A stretch of 64,000 nt of DNA from the human T2T-CHM13v2.0 reference genome, Homo sapiens. Below the pieces are notes generated by a model. The model ran no database searches. It was not told the origin of the DNA and worked only from the letters and a program-made list of their open reading frames with translations. Of this stretch, positions 1-14,290 are shown piece after piece (position 1 is the stretch's first letter; every line of letters begins with the position of its first letter). The position numbers were made by a program, and so were the translations under genes. The stretch lies in the NCBI RefSeq assembly GCF_009914755.1, contig NC_060939.1. The stretch is one strand, 5' to 3'.

Positions 1-1578
1 TCACCTTCAGTTATTAATTGCACATAATTTTGAAAAATAATAAATTTAGCCAAAGTCAAGTCTGCTAGGCTGTTGTATGCTCTGGCTATAGTACTTCATT
101 TTTGTAAAATTTGTTGTTTTCAAAGGTGGAATCTCACTCCATAGGAGTGAATTAAACATTCTGCTATGGTTGCCTGCCACTAGGTGAACTGTGGCATCTG
201 AATTCTTGAGCTAAAATACACTGATGCCCTTAAGGTCCAGATGAGAAGAAGCAGGGCCAAAGTACTGATCCATTCATCTGCATCATTTTCTACAAAATAT
301 TAATTTTAAGTTGAAAAAGAGACACAGAGTCATTGCAAAAACAAGAGTTCTAAAAATACTTTTAGAACTTTTGTATAAATTCACTGCTAATCATTTTTTC
401 ACAGTAAAAAACAATATTGTTTTAGGTAGTTTTCCTCCATTTCTGAAGAAAGGCCATCCAGTTTGTTCCCAGTGGCCAGGAATGCCCTTTATTCCCTTCT
501 CTTGATTTTGAGAACTCAAGTTGTCTTAATTCTTTTTCCATAAGCCTTGGCATTAGGGCAGACTTGAGGAAGAGAAAACATGAAAAGTTTGGGTTGTCTC
601 TCTTTTTCAAGTGACTTTGAATTTCCCATCTCAAGACACACCTAACTTACTCTTGGTTGGCATTTTTCTTTGCTGTCTGGGTCTGTGTTTAGCTGATTTT
701 CTCTCCTTGTGCCTTATTTCTCTACTGCATAGTCTAGATTGCTGGTTTTTTAAAAATACTTTTTATATTTATTTGACAAGTAAAAATTGTATATATTTAT
801 GGTGTACAACATGTTGTTTTTATATATGTAGATAGTGTGGAATGGCCAAATCAGGCTATTTAATACATGCATTACTTCACATACTTATTTATTGCGGTAA
901 GAATACTTAAAATCTACTCTCTTGGTAATTTTCAAATACACACTATATTGTTATTAACTGTAGCCATTATGATGTACAATAGATCTCTTGAACTTATTCC
1001 TTCTGTCTAACTGAAATTTTTCTGTTTGTTTGACCAACATCTTCTCAATCTCTCCACCCTCAGTCTCTGGAAATCATCATTTTACTCTCTGTTTCTATGA
1101 GTTCAACTTTTTTACACTCTATATATGAGTGAGATCTTGTGGTATCTGTCTTTCTGCGCTTGGCTTATTTCATGTAACATAATGTCCTCTAGGTTCATCT
1201 ATATTGCCCCAAATGACAGGATTTCCTTCTTTTTTGAGGCTAAATAGTTTTCCACTGTGCATACATGCCACATTTTCTTTATCCATTCATGTGATAATGG
1301 ACACTTAGGTTGATTTCATGTCTTGGCTATTGTGAATAGTGCTGCAACAAACATGGAAGTGCAGCTATCTCTTTGACATACAGATTTCAATTCCTTTGGC
1401 TATCTACCCAAATATGGGGTTGCTTGATCACATGGTAGTTCTATTTTTAATTTTTTTTAGAAGTGCTGCACTGTTTTCCATAATAGATATACTAATTTAT
1501 ATTCCCACTAATAGTGTGCAAGGATTCCCTTTTCTCCACATTCTCACCAACATTTGATATCTTTTGACTTAAAAAAAA

Positions 1579-3520
<1,942 letters not shown>

Positions 3521-5423
3521 GTCCCATTGGCCATTTGTATGTCTTCTTTTCAGAAATGTCTATTCAGGTCCTTTGCCCACTTTTAATTGAATGGTTTTCT
3601 TACTATTGATTTGTTTGAGTTCCTTATACATTTTGTATATTAACCCCTTATTAGATGTATGGTTTGCAAAAATACATTCTCCATTCTGTAGGTTGTCTGC
3701 TCACTGTTGACTGTTTCCTTTGCAATGCAGAAGCTATTTAGTTTGATGTAATCCCACTAGTGTATTTTTGCTTTTGTTGCCTGTGAGTTCGGGTTCACAG
3801 CCAAAAAATTATCTCCCAGATAAATGTCATGGAGCCTTTCCTCTATGTTTTCTTCTGGTTTCTGGTATTATGTTTAAGTATTTAATTCTTTTTGAGTTGA
3901 TTTTTGTATATGATGTGAGATGAGGGTCTAATTTTATTTTTTTGCATGTGGAAATCCAGTTTTTTAGTGGCGTTTATTGAAGAGGCTGTCCATTCCCCAT
4001 TGTGTGTTTTTGTTACCTTTGTTGGAAATCAATTGATCATAAATATGTAGATTTATTTCTGAGCTCTGTATTGTTTTCTGTTCATCTGTGTGTCTGTCTT
4101 CATGCCAGTACCATGCTGTTTTGATTCCTATAGCTTTGTAGTAGGTTTTTTAAATCAGGTAGTGTGATGCCTCCAGCTTTGTTTTTTTCCTCAAGATTGC
4201 TTTGTGTATCTGGGTCTTTTGTGCTTCCATAAAAATTTTTGTTTTTTCTATTTCTGCGTAATACGTCATAGGAACTTTGGAGCTTTGATAGGGATTGCTT
4301 TACTAAAGATAGCTTTGGGTAGTATGTGCATTTTAACAATATTAATTCTTCCAATCCATGAACATGGGATGTCTCTCTACTTATTATGTCTTCTTTAATT
4401 TCATTTATCAATGTTTTATAGTTTTCAGTGTAGAGATCTTTCACCTCCTTGGGTAAATTTATTTCTAAGTATTTTGTGGTAGCTATTGTAAATAAAATGG
4501 TTTTCTTGATTTCTTTTTTGGATAGTTCATTCTTAATGTATTAAAATACAACTGATTTTTGTATGTTGATTTGGTATTCTATAACCTTACCAAATGCATT
4601 AGTTCTAACACTTTTCTGGTGGAGTCTTTAGAGTTTTCTATATATAAGATCATGTCTTCCGCAAACAAAGACAATTTAATTTCTTCTTTTGCTATTTGGA
4701 TGTCATTTTTTTTCTCTTGTCTAATTGCTCTGGCTTGAGCTTCCAGTACTATGTTGAATAAAAGTGGCAAGAGTGAGCATCCTTGTTTTGTTTTTGATCT
4801 TATAGTAAAAGCTTATTTTTTCACTAAAATCTGGATTCTTAAAGTGGCTTGGTCATTATTACTATTATTATTGTTGTTGTAATTTATAAAGCCACAATGT
4901 AGGTATGCAACCTGGCCATGCAAGTTCATCTTTTCATCAACTCTAACTTAGACCCATACAGGAAAGGATGTTCTGAGAAATGTAGCTCCTAACCATAACA
5001 AAGTTGACATCATGATTGTGGCAAAATGGTCAGACACCAAAATTGTGAGGGAGCAAGAACTACGAGTAAGGAAAGGAACCTGACCAACAAAGACAGGGGA
5101 ATGCATCATATTTATGAAGCATCAGAGGATCATATTGCCAATGAAAAATGGCAAGAATTGCTGGTCTGCAGAGCCACCTCAGTTCTCAACAACTTGTCAG
5201 TTTCAGACCCATATACATTTAATCTCCCCTTTTCTGAAGTATTTAAGTGCATTATCTTGCAAACAAAAGAATCCTCCAACTTGTTCCTAAAATAAAATTG
5301 GATTAACAGTAAAGGGTATCCAATTAGCTACTCAAAGATTTGTCCTAATTGGCTAGAAAATGTACAGTCAGGGTCTAGCACAACATGTATTGGCACATTG
5401 TCAGTACTCAAAAAGTATTTGTA

Positions 5424-5553
5424 TAGTGCCTGTAGTTCTAGTCACTTGGGAGACTGAGGCAGGAGGATTGCTTGAGCCCAGGAGTTTGAGGTTGCACCTG
5501 TGAATAGCCACTGTATTCAGCCTGGGAAACATATGAGACTTCATCTCTTTAAC
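5424..5553 (+). mobile_element. Alu monomer or fragment (FRAM/right-arm-like) inserted in an L2-like 3' end
   Basis: gtgcctgtagttctag...gaggcaggaggattgcttgagcccaggag. Flanked by AAAAAGT(A/G)TTTGTA at 5410-5423 and 5554-5567 (TSD). Confidence 0.85.
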
Positions 5554-6592
5554 AAAAAGTGTTTGTAGAATGAGTGAATAAGTTAATATAGGCCATGTGC
5601 TATTCTGTCAATTTTGGTACACAAATCAATAAAACTGCATATGAGATCCTCAAGTTTTAGATCTTCCACCAGGTTAGATGGGTACTATGAGCTGATTTGT
5701 TAGGAATAGTAATTAACTTTGTTGAGTCCTCTTTGATATCCCTTGGTGTCCAGGGGCATGTTTTAGGTGAGATGCCTCATCAGAATTAGATGAGCTGTGT
5801 GGCTCCCCTGAGTATTCTGAAAATTGTGGGCAGATATGGTGGTGAATCTAAGGCACTGGTTCATTACTACATAATGAGTAAATTGGAATAGTTGAGCTAA
5901 CCAATTCAGAGACATTCTCTAGAATATAGTTAAATTTGAAATGCCATATCAAAGCCTTTTGTTGAGATGGCCTTTTAACTCTAGGTTGATCAGTTCTTTT
6001 GTAAATGTAAATTTTTGCTGTTTAATTGAGGATATAGGATGTGAAACCATGTAACACATCTACTCCTAGGTACACATTTTACATATTCTTGCAATGACCT
6101 GAAAAGAATGGCCTTTGGCCTTTATATCTCATGTCTTCCTCATTATTATTCTAGTTATATGGGGGTGAGAGGAGTGAAGGATGTTCCTGTCTGTGATAGT
6201 GTAGAGAAAGATCTGCTAGCTTCCTTTACTTCTTTTAAGCCTTGGTGAAGACTGGTTGGGCATCTAGGGGAACTGTAATCCCAAATACAAGGCTGAAATA
6301 AGAACAATTTCAATTCAAATCCTCAGTGTTAGACCAAAACCAAAATTTGAGTCTATGAGGGTCCAAAGCAAGACCAGCTTAACTCTTCTCACTTAGCTCT
6401 TGGCCTGTGAACACAATAGTGAATGGTTTGTAAGGACTAATATTGGACTCCATGAGTTAGGGCTGGTGAAGTAAATTTATTAAGAAAATTTCAGATTCAT
6501 CTCTCCATTGTGGATATTCTCTCCAAAGACATTCTTAAAATGCCTTTTCTGATTTTTTTTCCTTGCATTTTGATGCCTCATCATAGAATTAA

Positions 6593-6852
6593 ATGTGGCT
6601 TGATGTAGAAACCAGACAGACCAGCAACTTTGATGTATTTCCTACAATTCTAAATATGCATTAGGTCTTTTTGAAAATTTGCTATGTTAGAGTGATGGCC
6701 CACATTGCACTTATAGTTACCTCAGCTCTCAGGCCGGGCATTTTTCAGGGAGGGGAAAAACTGTGCATGGGATAGTGGGTGAGAGCCCATGGCATGATCA
6801 GGGAACACTATGGTTATGGCACTGATAGAGTCAACAATCCCTTATGTCTGTT
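6593..6852 (+). repeat. Local direct repeat, copy 1 (~260 bp)
   Basis: Aligns by eye to 7354-7617 with ~22 substitutions and 2 small indels. Confidence 0.95.
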
Positions 6853-7353
6853 TTAAAATTGCTTTCATAAGCATTAACTCATTTATCTCTTACAGAATTA
6901 TAATATAGGGAACATTTAATTACAATTATTTTTTCCAAAGTCAAGTAAACAAAACTTTACATTCAATTAATTACATTTTTTTCGTAAGTATAGTAAATTC
7001 CTACAATCATTGAATGTCCTTCCTATTTCTCCCTACTCTTCCTTAGGATTTGTACCATATGTCTAAGTTGTGCATGCCAAGGATAATGGAAACAAGACTG
7101 GCGAGGGGAGGCATGGGTAGGACTTAAAAATTCCAGAGGTCTGCAAAGGTTTCTTCTCAGGTAGAGCAAACTGGGTCTGGTGGAGCAAAACTTGGGCTCC
7201 ATGGGGTGGTGCTGGGGTTGGAGGGAGGGTCTTTTAATTTATCCTTGTTGAGGAAGCCTTTTTATTCTGGATGTTCTTTCTCCTCCAGATGCACCGTAAC
7301 TTGCTAATGTTTCTTGTAGGGTGAGGTGTCCCAAATTGAACACAACATTGTAG

Positions 7354-7617
7354 ATGTGGCTTGATGTAGAAACCAGAGAGACTATTAGCAACTTTGATGT
7401 ATTTCTTACAATTCTAAATATGCATTAGGTATTTTTGAAAATTTGCCATGCCAGAGTGATGACCCACATTGCACTTATAGTTACCTCAGCTCTCAGGAAG
7501 GGCCTTTTTCAGGGAGGAGAAGGACTGTGCAAAAGATAGTGGGTGAGGGTCCATGGCATGATCAGGGAACACTATGGTTATGGCACTGATAGAATCAACA
7601 AGTCCTTTAAGTCTGTT
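7354..7617 (+). repeat. Local direct repeat, copy 2
   Basis: Second copy of 6593-6852. Confidence 0.95.
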
Positions 7618-7879
7618 AAAGATTTATTGAGCATGTCTAATGTGAGTCTTTATCTAAGTTACTATAAAAATATTGATTACAAGGGGTAGGCCTAGGTCCC
7701 AGAGCATATCATTAAAGATCTCTTTTCTGGCTGATTTTGATTCTGATTAATACTTTGAGAAAATACATTTGTTCAGATATAATTTCTCCTAACTCTGCTC
7801 TCATAATCTCGAACTTCTTTTTCTTTATCACAAGGATATATGAAAAACCATCACATATCATGCTGAAATCAAGATAATA

Positions 7880-8330
7880 ATACCCTATACCTGCTTTAAG
7901 GCCCAGCAATTCCACTTCTATGTATTTATCCAGGAGAAATAAAAACACGTCTACTAAAAGACTCATACAAGAATGTTTATGGAAACCATATTCACAATAA
8001 CCCCAAGCTGGAAATGACCCATATGTCCATTAATAAGAGAACAGATCAACAAAATGTGGCATATGCATACAAGGGGATACTCCTCAGGAATAAAAAAGGA
8101 ACAAACTACTGGTATGTGCAACACAGATGAGTCTTGAAAACATATTGAGTAAAAGAAGCTTTATATAAAAGAGTACCTACTGCATGATTCCATTCATGTG
8201 GAGTTCTAGAACAGTTAAAACCAACCTATGGTGCAAAAAATTAGAACAGTGACCATCTCTGCGGGTGAGAAAAGGCAACTTTCTAGGATGATGATCATGT
8301 TTTCTATCTTGATAGCAGTTTGAGTTAGAC
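7880..8330 (+). mobile_element. Old L1 (L1MC/ME-type) 3' end fragment
   Basis: cccagcaattccacttcta...caagaatgtttat...tgcatgattccattcatgtggagttctagaacag, typical of the old L1 ORF2 end and 3'UTR. Confidence 0.75.
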
Positions 8331-8333
8331 AGA

Positions 8334-8716
8334 CGTTATGGACCAAATTGTCTTCCCACAAAATATGTATGTGGAAGCTCTAACTCCCAATGTGACCATG
8401 TTTGGAGACAGGGCTTTTAGGAGATAGTTAAATTTATATGAGATTGTAAGAGTGGGGTCCTAATCCAATAGGACTGGTGGCCTTATAAGAAGAGAATCTC
8501 TCTCTCTCTCTCTGTCTGTCTTTCTCTCTTTATCTCTCATGAGAACATAGAAGGCAGACACCTGCAAGCCAGAAAGAGAGCTCGCACTAGAAGCTAACCA
8601 TACTTACTCATGGATCTTGGAATCTGAAGCCTCTAGAACTATGAGAAAATAAATATTGTTGTTTAAGCCACCCAGTCTATGATATTTTGTGATGGCAGCC
8701 TGAGCAGACTAATGCA
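8334..8716 (+). mobile_element. ERVL-MaLR solo LTR (MLT1A-like)
   Basis: cctaatccaataggactggtg...gagaaaataaat...tttgtgatggcagcctgagcagactaatgca. 5-bp TSD ACAGA/ACACA. Confidence 0.85.
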
Positions 8717-10119
8717 ACACATGCATCCATAAACACAACAACGTAGCCAGCACTCTGACCAGTGTACCCAAGCAGTCCCCTGTGCTAGCTTCCAGTTACC
8801 ACCTTCTAAGGTAAACATGCTCCTGATTTTTAACACCATCAATAATGATACGACTTGCCTGCTTTTGAGTTTCACAGAAATAGAAGCCTAAAGAAAAATA
8901 CTAAGATAATAATACTATAACTCATTGTTTTGTTTTCAGGAGTGAATGAGGTAACATAGTATACTTGGAAGAGTGCCTGGCAAGTATTGGATGTTGAAAT
9001 ATTGGTTCTCTTCTATGACCTCTTTCTTCTTCCTGGTCACAGCATGTAGCAGGTGGCTTAATAAAGCAAGTTCTGTCTATATGACCTCCATGAAAAGTGA
9101 ACAGCCCTGCTCACTGCTCACTGACCAGCTGATCTTCCACACACCCGAGTCTCTGAGATGGAGCTAAAACAACTGTATGCCTGGTTGAAATGTCTACTTC
9201 CCATTCAGATATTTAGACCTTGGTTAGACACCCACTAAATGAGGCATGTCTGTGCAAAAGCATTCCAAACTGAGCAGATGCAAAGAAATATTATCCTTTA
9301 GAACCCATTTGATCCCTTTTTTAAACCCAAGAAAACATAAATGCAACAATAGATCAATTTGACTGTAAATATTATCTAAGTATGTCCTTTAAAAGCCAAA
9401 GGAATGTCAGATACAATTTATTTTCCACCAGTGCAAGCTGAGACATTAAGTGGCAATTCTACTTCCATTAGCTAAATCTGGCAAATATGCAACTGTTTAA
9501 AGGCATTGTCGATAGCCATTCACAATTAAGTATTTGTACTGATGCCTTATTAAATTACCCTTTTCAAGTAGGCATAATAAACTAGGAGTTCACTGTGCAG
9601 ATTTTCATGGGGAAAGTCAGATCACTATGGAATTTATTTAGAGAGAATTTAGTGCACTGAGTAATGAAGTAAATGTCAAATGTTTTGACCAAATAAATCT
9701 TATCTTCCTTAAAACTTTTTTTTGAGGTCAAGAGACACAGCAAAATAAAAATCCCAGTGATTATAATGGTCATAATTTATAACTTTATTGAAACAACTTT
9801 AAAACTTTGATTGTTTTTTAAATAATGAAATCTGTTTTGTTTTTAACTGACAGCATTGCCTTACACAGGGGATTTCTACTCTTCCTTTACAAAGCTGGTT
9901 TCTTCCAAACATTAAGATCTCTTACAGGGACTGAATGATAAATGGATGAATGAGGAGGATGATGAAGGGGGAAGGTGATGGAAGAATTAGGACAAGGAGG
10001 CTATGCAGGAGATTGGTAAGCAATGAGCTAAGAAGGCTTTGAGACCTATTGAGAGATTCTAAACTCCTGGATGGGCCTATCTGCATTTTGTCTGCAAAGC
10101 AATGGTAACTAGAAAATTG

Positions 10120-10448
10120 GGCTGGGCGTGGTGGCTCACGCGTGTAATCTCAGCACCTTGGGAGGCTGAGGGGGGTGGATCACCTGAGGTCAGGAATTTG
10201 AGACTAGCCTGACCAACATGGTGAAACCCCGTCTGTACTAAAAATACAAAAATTAGATGGGCGTGGTGATGGGCACCTGTAATCCCAGCTACTCAAGATG
10301 CTGAGGCAGGAGAATGGCTTGAGCCCAGGAGGCGAAAATTGCAGTGAGCCGAGATCACGCCATTCCCCTCCAGCATGGGTGACAAGAGCTAAACTCCATC
10401 TTACAAAACAACAACAACAACAACAACAACAAAATAAAAATAAAAACA
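10120..10448 (+). mobile_element. AluS with (CAA)n tail
   Basis: Full dimer. TSD AACTAGAAAATT at 10107-10118 and 10449-10460. Confidence 0.97.
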
Positions 10449-11648
10449 AACTAGAAAATTATTTAGTAATGCATTGGTCTCTCCTTCAGTCATTTGATAT
10501 AGTTCTCATCATTGTAATTCTTAAGCATTAATTATGTATTTCTAGTTCTGGTACCATAATAGTTTCTAGGTACAAATTTTTCTACTCCCGTTTTCTTCCT
10601 TCCCCATCTATGTACCAAACCTAGAAATGTTTGACACTTGGTTGGCCTTTAATTGCTGCATATGCCCAATACCAAATTTTCTAGCACTGTGCTTTGTTCA
10701 TGATAAGCATGTTAGTTATTGCTGCTTCAATCTAAATGAAACAAATGAATTAGCAAATTCCTTTTAACTATTACATGTTAGTATAGTTTATACCAACTAT
10801 TTGGATACATGGCTGAATTTCTCTAGTTTTTATCCAAGTATTTGATGTTACATAATGATAACCTCTGTGACTTGTTTTTTTTTTTTTTTTTGCTAAAATT
10901 GCCAAGAGGAATACATTTGCTTTCCACTTAGCCATAATATAAAATACAACCTTGGGAATGGCTGCTTTAAAGAAACGTTTCCATAAGACACATCATACTT
11001 GACATACTTTAGGGAAGCTTCTTCAAGGAGTTGTGGTTAATATTTTTGTAATGAGAAAAAAGAATCACTTCAATGACCTTTCCTGAAAACTTTTGATTTT
11101 CATACATAATTATTTGTTGAAGGTGAAAATATGTTTCTATTTTGAGTTTTTTGAATGCTGATTATAATCTTTAGATTACAATGCTCCTGTGTATTGTATT
11201 GATGAAAGATAAACTGAGGCACATACAGATTTTTTTTTTTTTTTTAGTGTCCTCCTACACAAGGTAAGAAATTAGCATAGGAATCAGGATGGCTAATGTT
11301 AAGACACCAAATAGATACTTTTATTACCTCTGGATTATATATTTATTTTAAAAATCTGTGATTCTTTTGATCCTGTAAAAGTGTGGCCAGGCTTTTACAG
11401 AATTTTCTAACTTTTCAATAAATGTTATCTTTATATATGCAAAAATACATGTTTTATTATTCCTTATTCAGAATACCTTAGAGAAGGGAGGTAGTATGTG
11501 TTAGAGGAAAGAAGTAAAACATGAAAGATATGGTTTAAGATCTACTTGAGAGAATCACTTACCCTCTCTGGCCTTGGAGGTTTGAAGTAGATAATGTGTT
11601 AAGAACAAGTAAGAGTTTCAAAATTTTTTTTTTTATTTTTTTTTATTT

Positions 11649-11688
<40 letters not shown>

Positions 11689-11701
11689 CATGTGTGTGTG
11701 T
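11649..11701. repeat. (TG)n microsatellite
   Basis: Interrupted TG dinucleotide run. Confidence 0.97.
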
Positions 11702-11814
11702 ATTTTAGTCTGTTCTGAGCCCAGGGACACAGACTCAGTAGTCAGGGGCAAGTGCTGAAATGGAAATCAGGATAAACGACAGAGCAGCTGTCCTGGAAGT
11801 AACGTCAGTGGACT

Positions 11815-11950
11815 GTCTTTTAACAATGTGAATCCCTGGGCCCTATCAAGTCAGAATTTTCTAGGAGGGGATGGAAGTGAGGTGGGTCTGTGATTCTAAT
11901 AAGTGCCTCAGGTGGTTCCAATGGTCACTGAAATTTAAGAACCAGTTCTA
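11815..11950. mobile_element. MER5A-like hAT relic
   Basis: cctgggccc...tcagaatt...taataagtgcctcaggtggttcc...tttaagaacca. Confidence 0.55.
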
Positions 11951-12494
11951 TTAGATAAATATATTTGTTTCTCTTTCCCTGAAGATAATCGTTTAACAGC
12001 CACATTCATACATTTCTTACAGAAAACATGGGCATAATTCCTAGCTCCCTTCAGATTGCTAATGGCTAGAGGGTGCCCAGTATGGAACATGAGGCCAGGC
12101 TGGCCAGTGTGACCAGGGACACCATGGACACCTGAGACTTCTTAGCAGGATTTCTTGAAGATTATGATAAGATAACCAACAGGGTAGAGCTTGCCTAGAA
12201 GGTGGTGAGCCTGAGGCTTGGGTCTGAGAGAGGATCTTTGAAGAGACAGTGCAGTGCTCCTAGGTATTGTTTCCAACCTGCTTAACAAATTCTTTTTGTG
12301 GTTCTTGGAATGTTCAGAGCAACAGACATTGAGGTAATCAGTAATCTCTGAACTAGGTGATTGACAAAATTTAAAAAAAAAGTTACTACAGGAGGGTCCA
12401 AATCAGGGCAGCTTCCCAGTTGTTATCCTGCTAGAAACTAGCTACAAATATCAAGAAGGAGCCCCTTATGGTGTGACAGTCTGTGAGAGGCAGC

Positions 12495-12700
12495 TGTTGG
12501 GTAATGAGTAAGATTCTGGGGTTGGGAGCCAGATGCGCAGGGTTCACATTTCTGGCCCAGATTTACAAGCTGTGGAACCCTGAGCAATCACTTCTACTGT
12601 AAAATGCAAAGACAGGGCCTATCTTGTAGAGTCATTATGAAAATTAGAAAACTAATACATGTCGAGTGCTTAGAACAGCCCCTGGCACTGTTAGCTGTTA
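12495..12700 (+). mobile_element. MIR SINE
   Basis: gagccaga...gggttc...agctgtg...ctgtaaaatg...agtgcttagaacagcccctggcac. Confidence 0.75.
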
Positions 12701-14277
12701 CAGTTAACCCTCCCCTGCACATAGTAAAACAGGCAACGTCCTGTGATGTTGGAGCGGAAGGATGTCCAGTCTGCATTCCTGTTGACTAACAATGGGGTCT
12801 GAAATTCTTACTATTGATAGATACTCTGGATTAAGACAGCAGCAATTCTAGAATTATTGCATGATTCAGGAGGAGTACATGTTCAATCATTATGCTAGTG
12901 ATACACCTTGACTTTGTCAGATGAGCTAGACAGGCCCAGAGGGAATTGCCGTTGGATTAGTCCAAGTGTGAGCAATGACATTCAAGCAAGTTTCAGCAGA
13001 ATGTAGTAGGGTGAGGACCTCTGAGGGCAGTCCAAGGCTACATAAAGCAAGAAGTAATCAGGGGAACATGATTTTGTTTTGCCTATCCCAGACAGGCTTG
13101 CCTATGAGAGAAATTAAAAAACAATGAAATAGATAATTTCACACTTAACCAGCATCTAGGTGGGTTGTGCGTCTTTTGAATACTCATGGTTTTTCTCCCT
13201 TAGTTATGGAAGGCTGCTGTCCCTCTGTCTTTATTAGTAGCTCTGTAAAGCGCTAGGCTGAAGTGCTCTATTGATCTCCAGATAGTACAGCCAGACTCCC
13301 AGCTGCCCTGACAGTTGCCTCTGCTCAGAGCCCCAGGAGCCGGGTGAACATTTCTGCCTTGGTATTCACTGGGAAGGTCCCTTGTTCGCACAGACACTGT
13401 CCAATCCTGCGCAACATGGAGTGAATAAAAAATGGCTTCTGAACAAGAGCTTGCAATTGTGGGAGGAGTGAGTGGAGGGAGGAACAGCGGCCATCTTATC
13501 CAAGGGTAAATGAATTTAGGATTTATTTGAACCACTTAGTCTACCTCATGTCTACATGATCTTCTGTCATGCTGAAAGAAACGGATGCTTATTAATTCCA
13601 ACAATGAGAAGGAGCTTGACTTTAAATTAGAGAATCCACAGAGCCTCTTTTCATTCATTTGGTAGCTTTATTCTATTATTTCAGGCAATGTAATGTTGCA
13701 TATTATAAGATCTATATCTGTAATTTCTATATTTATGTATTTAAAATTGTAACTTGGTATATTTAGCTGGTTTATGTTACATGCAGCGTTTAAGAGGAAT
13801 TCTTTTCATTGACATACTATAATGCCCCCCTAATATTCTTCTTATTGATTTTAGTATTTCAGAAGTATTATTCATGGTGACATCTACTGGAAAGCAAATT
13901 TCAGTTATATCAATAGATATTATTATAATATAGAAAACATTAATATTTGATGGTGACATAAGTGTGACACAAAGGCAATGAACTCATTAATAAACATACA
14001 TATATCATTAATAAAGCACTCCAAGGTGGCAACTATGAATTTTCAGCTCTTGTTTCTAAAGTTCACTATTTATTTGCCAAGTATATTTTGCACATTGTCC
14101 ATTGTTCACCAAAGTCATTCTCAATTAATGAAGCTGATCCCCCTTTAAGGTAACACAAAGCTTGAAAAGAATTATAATGATAATATCAGTATGAAATCCA
14201 TGAATTTTCTAATAAAGGAAATTTATCAAAACATAACAATGTTTCCTTCTCTTTTTCTTTTTTCTTTTTGTGTGTGT

Positions 14278-14290
14278 GTTGCTTGGCAAC
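14278..14290. promoter_or_regulatory. RFX X-box-like palindrome GTTGCTTGGCAAC
   Basis: Motif match only, in unique sequence. Confidence 0.35.

Noticed and set aside
6593-7617. Direct repeats read as the LTRs of a miniature retroelement or as a CRISPR-like array
   Set aside because: No TG...CA ends, TSD or evident primer-binding site; only two long copies; eukaryotic DNA.
8915-8956. Apparent 11-nt microexon (ttttcag|GAGTGAATGAG|gtaaca)
   Set aside because: Looks MIR-derived, is not frame-preserving, and has no host gene evidence.
12113-12133. REST-like CACCATGGACA
   Set aside because: The TTCAG part of RE1 and the 3' flank do not match.
13185-13512. Possible + strand exon (polypyrimidine-tag acceptor at 13203, gtaaat donor at ~13506)
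   Set aside because: Such splice-like pairs are common by chance; unsupported without transcript data.
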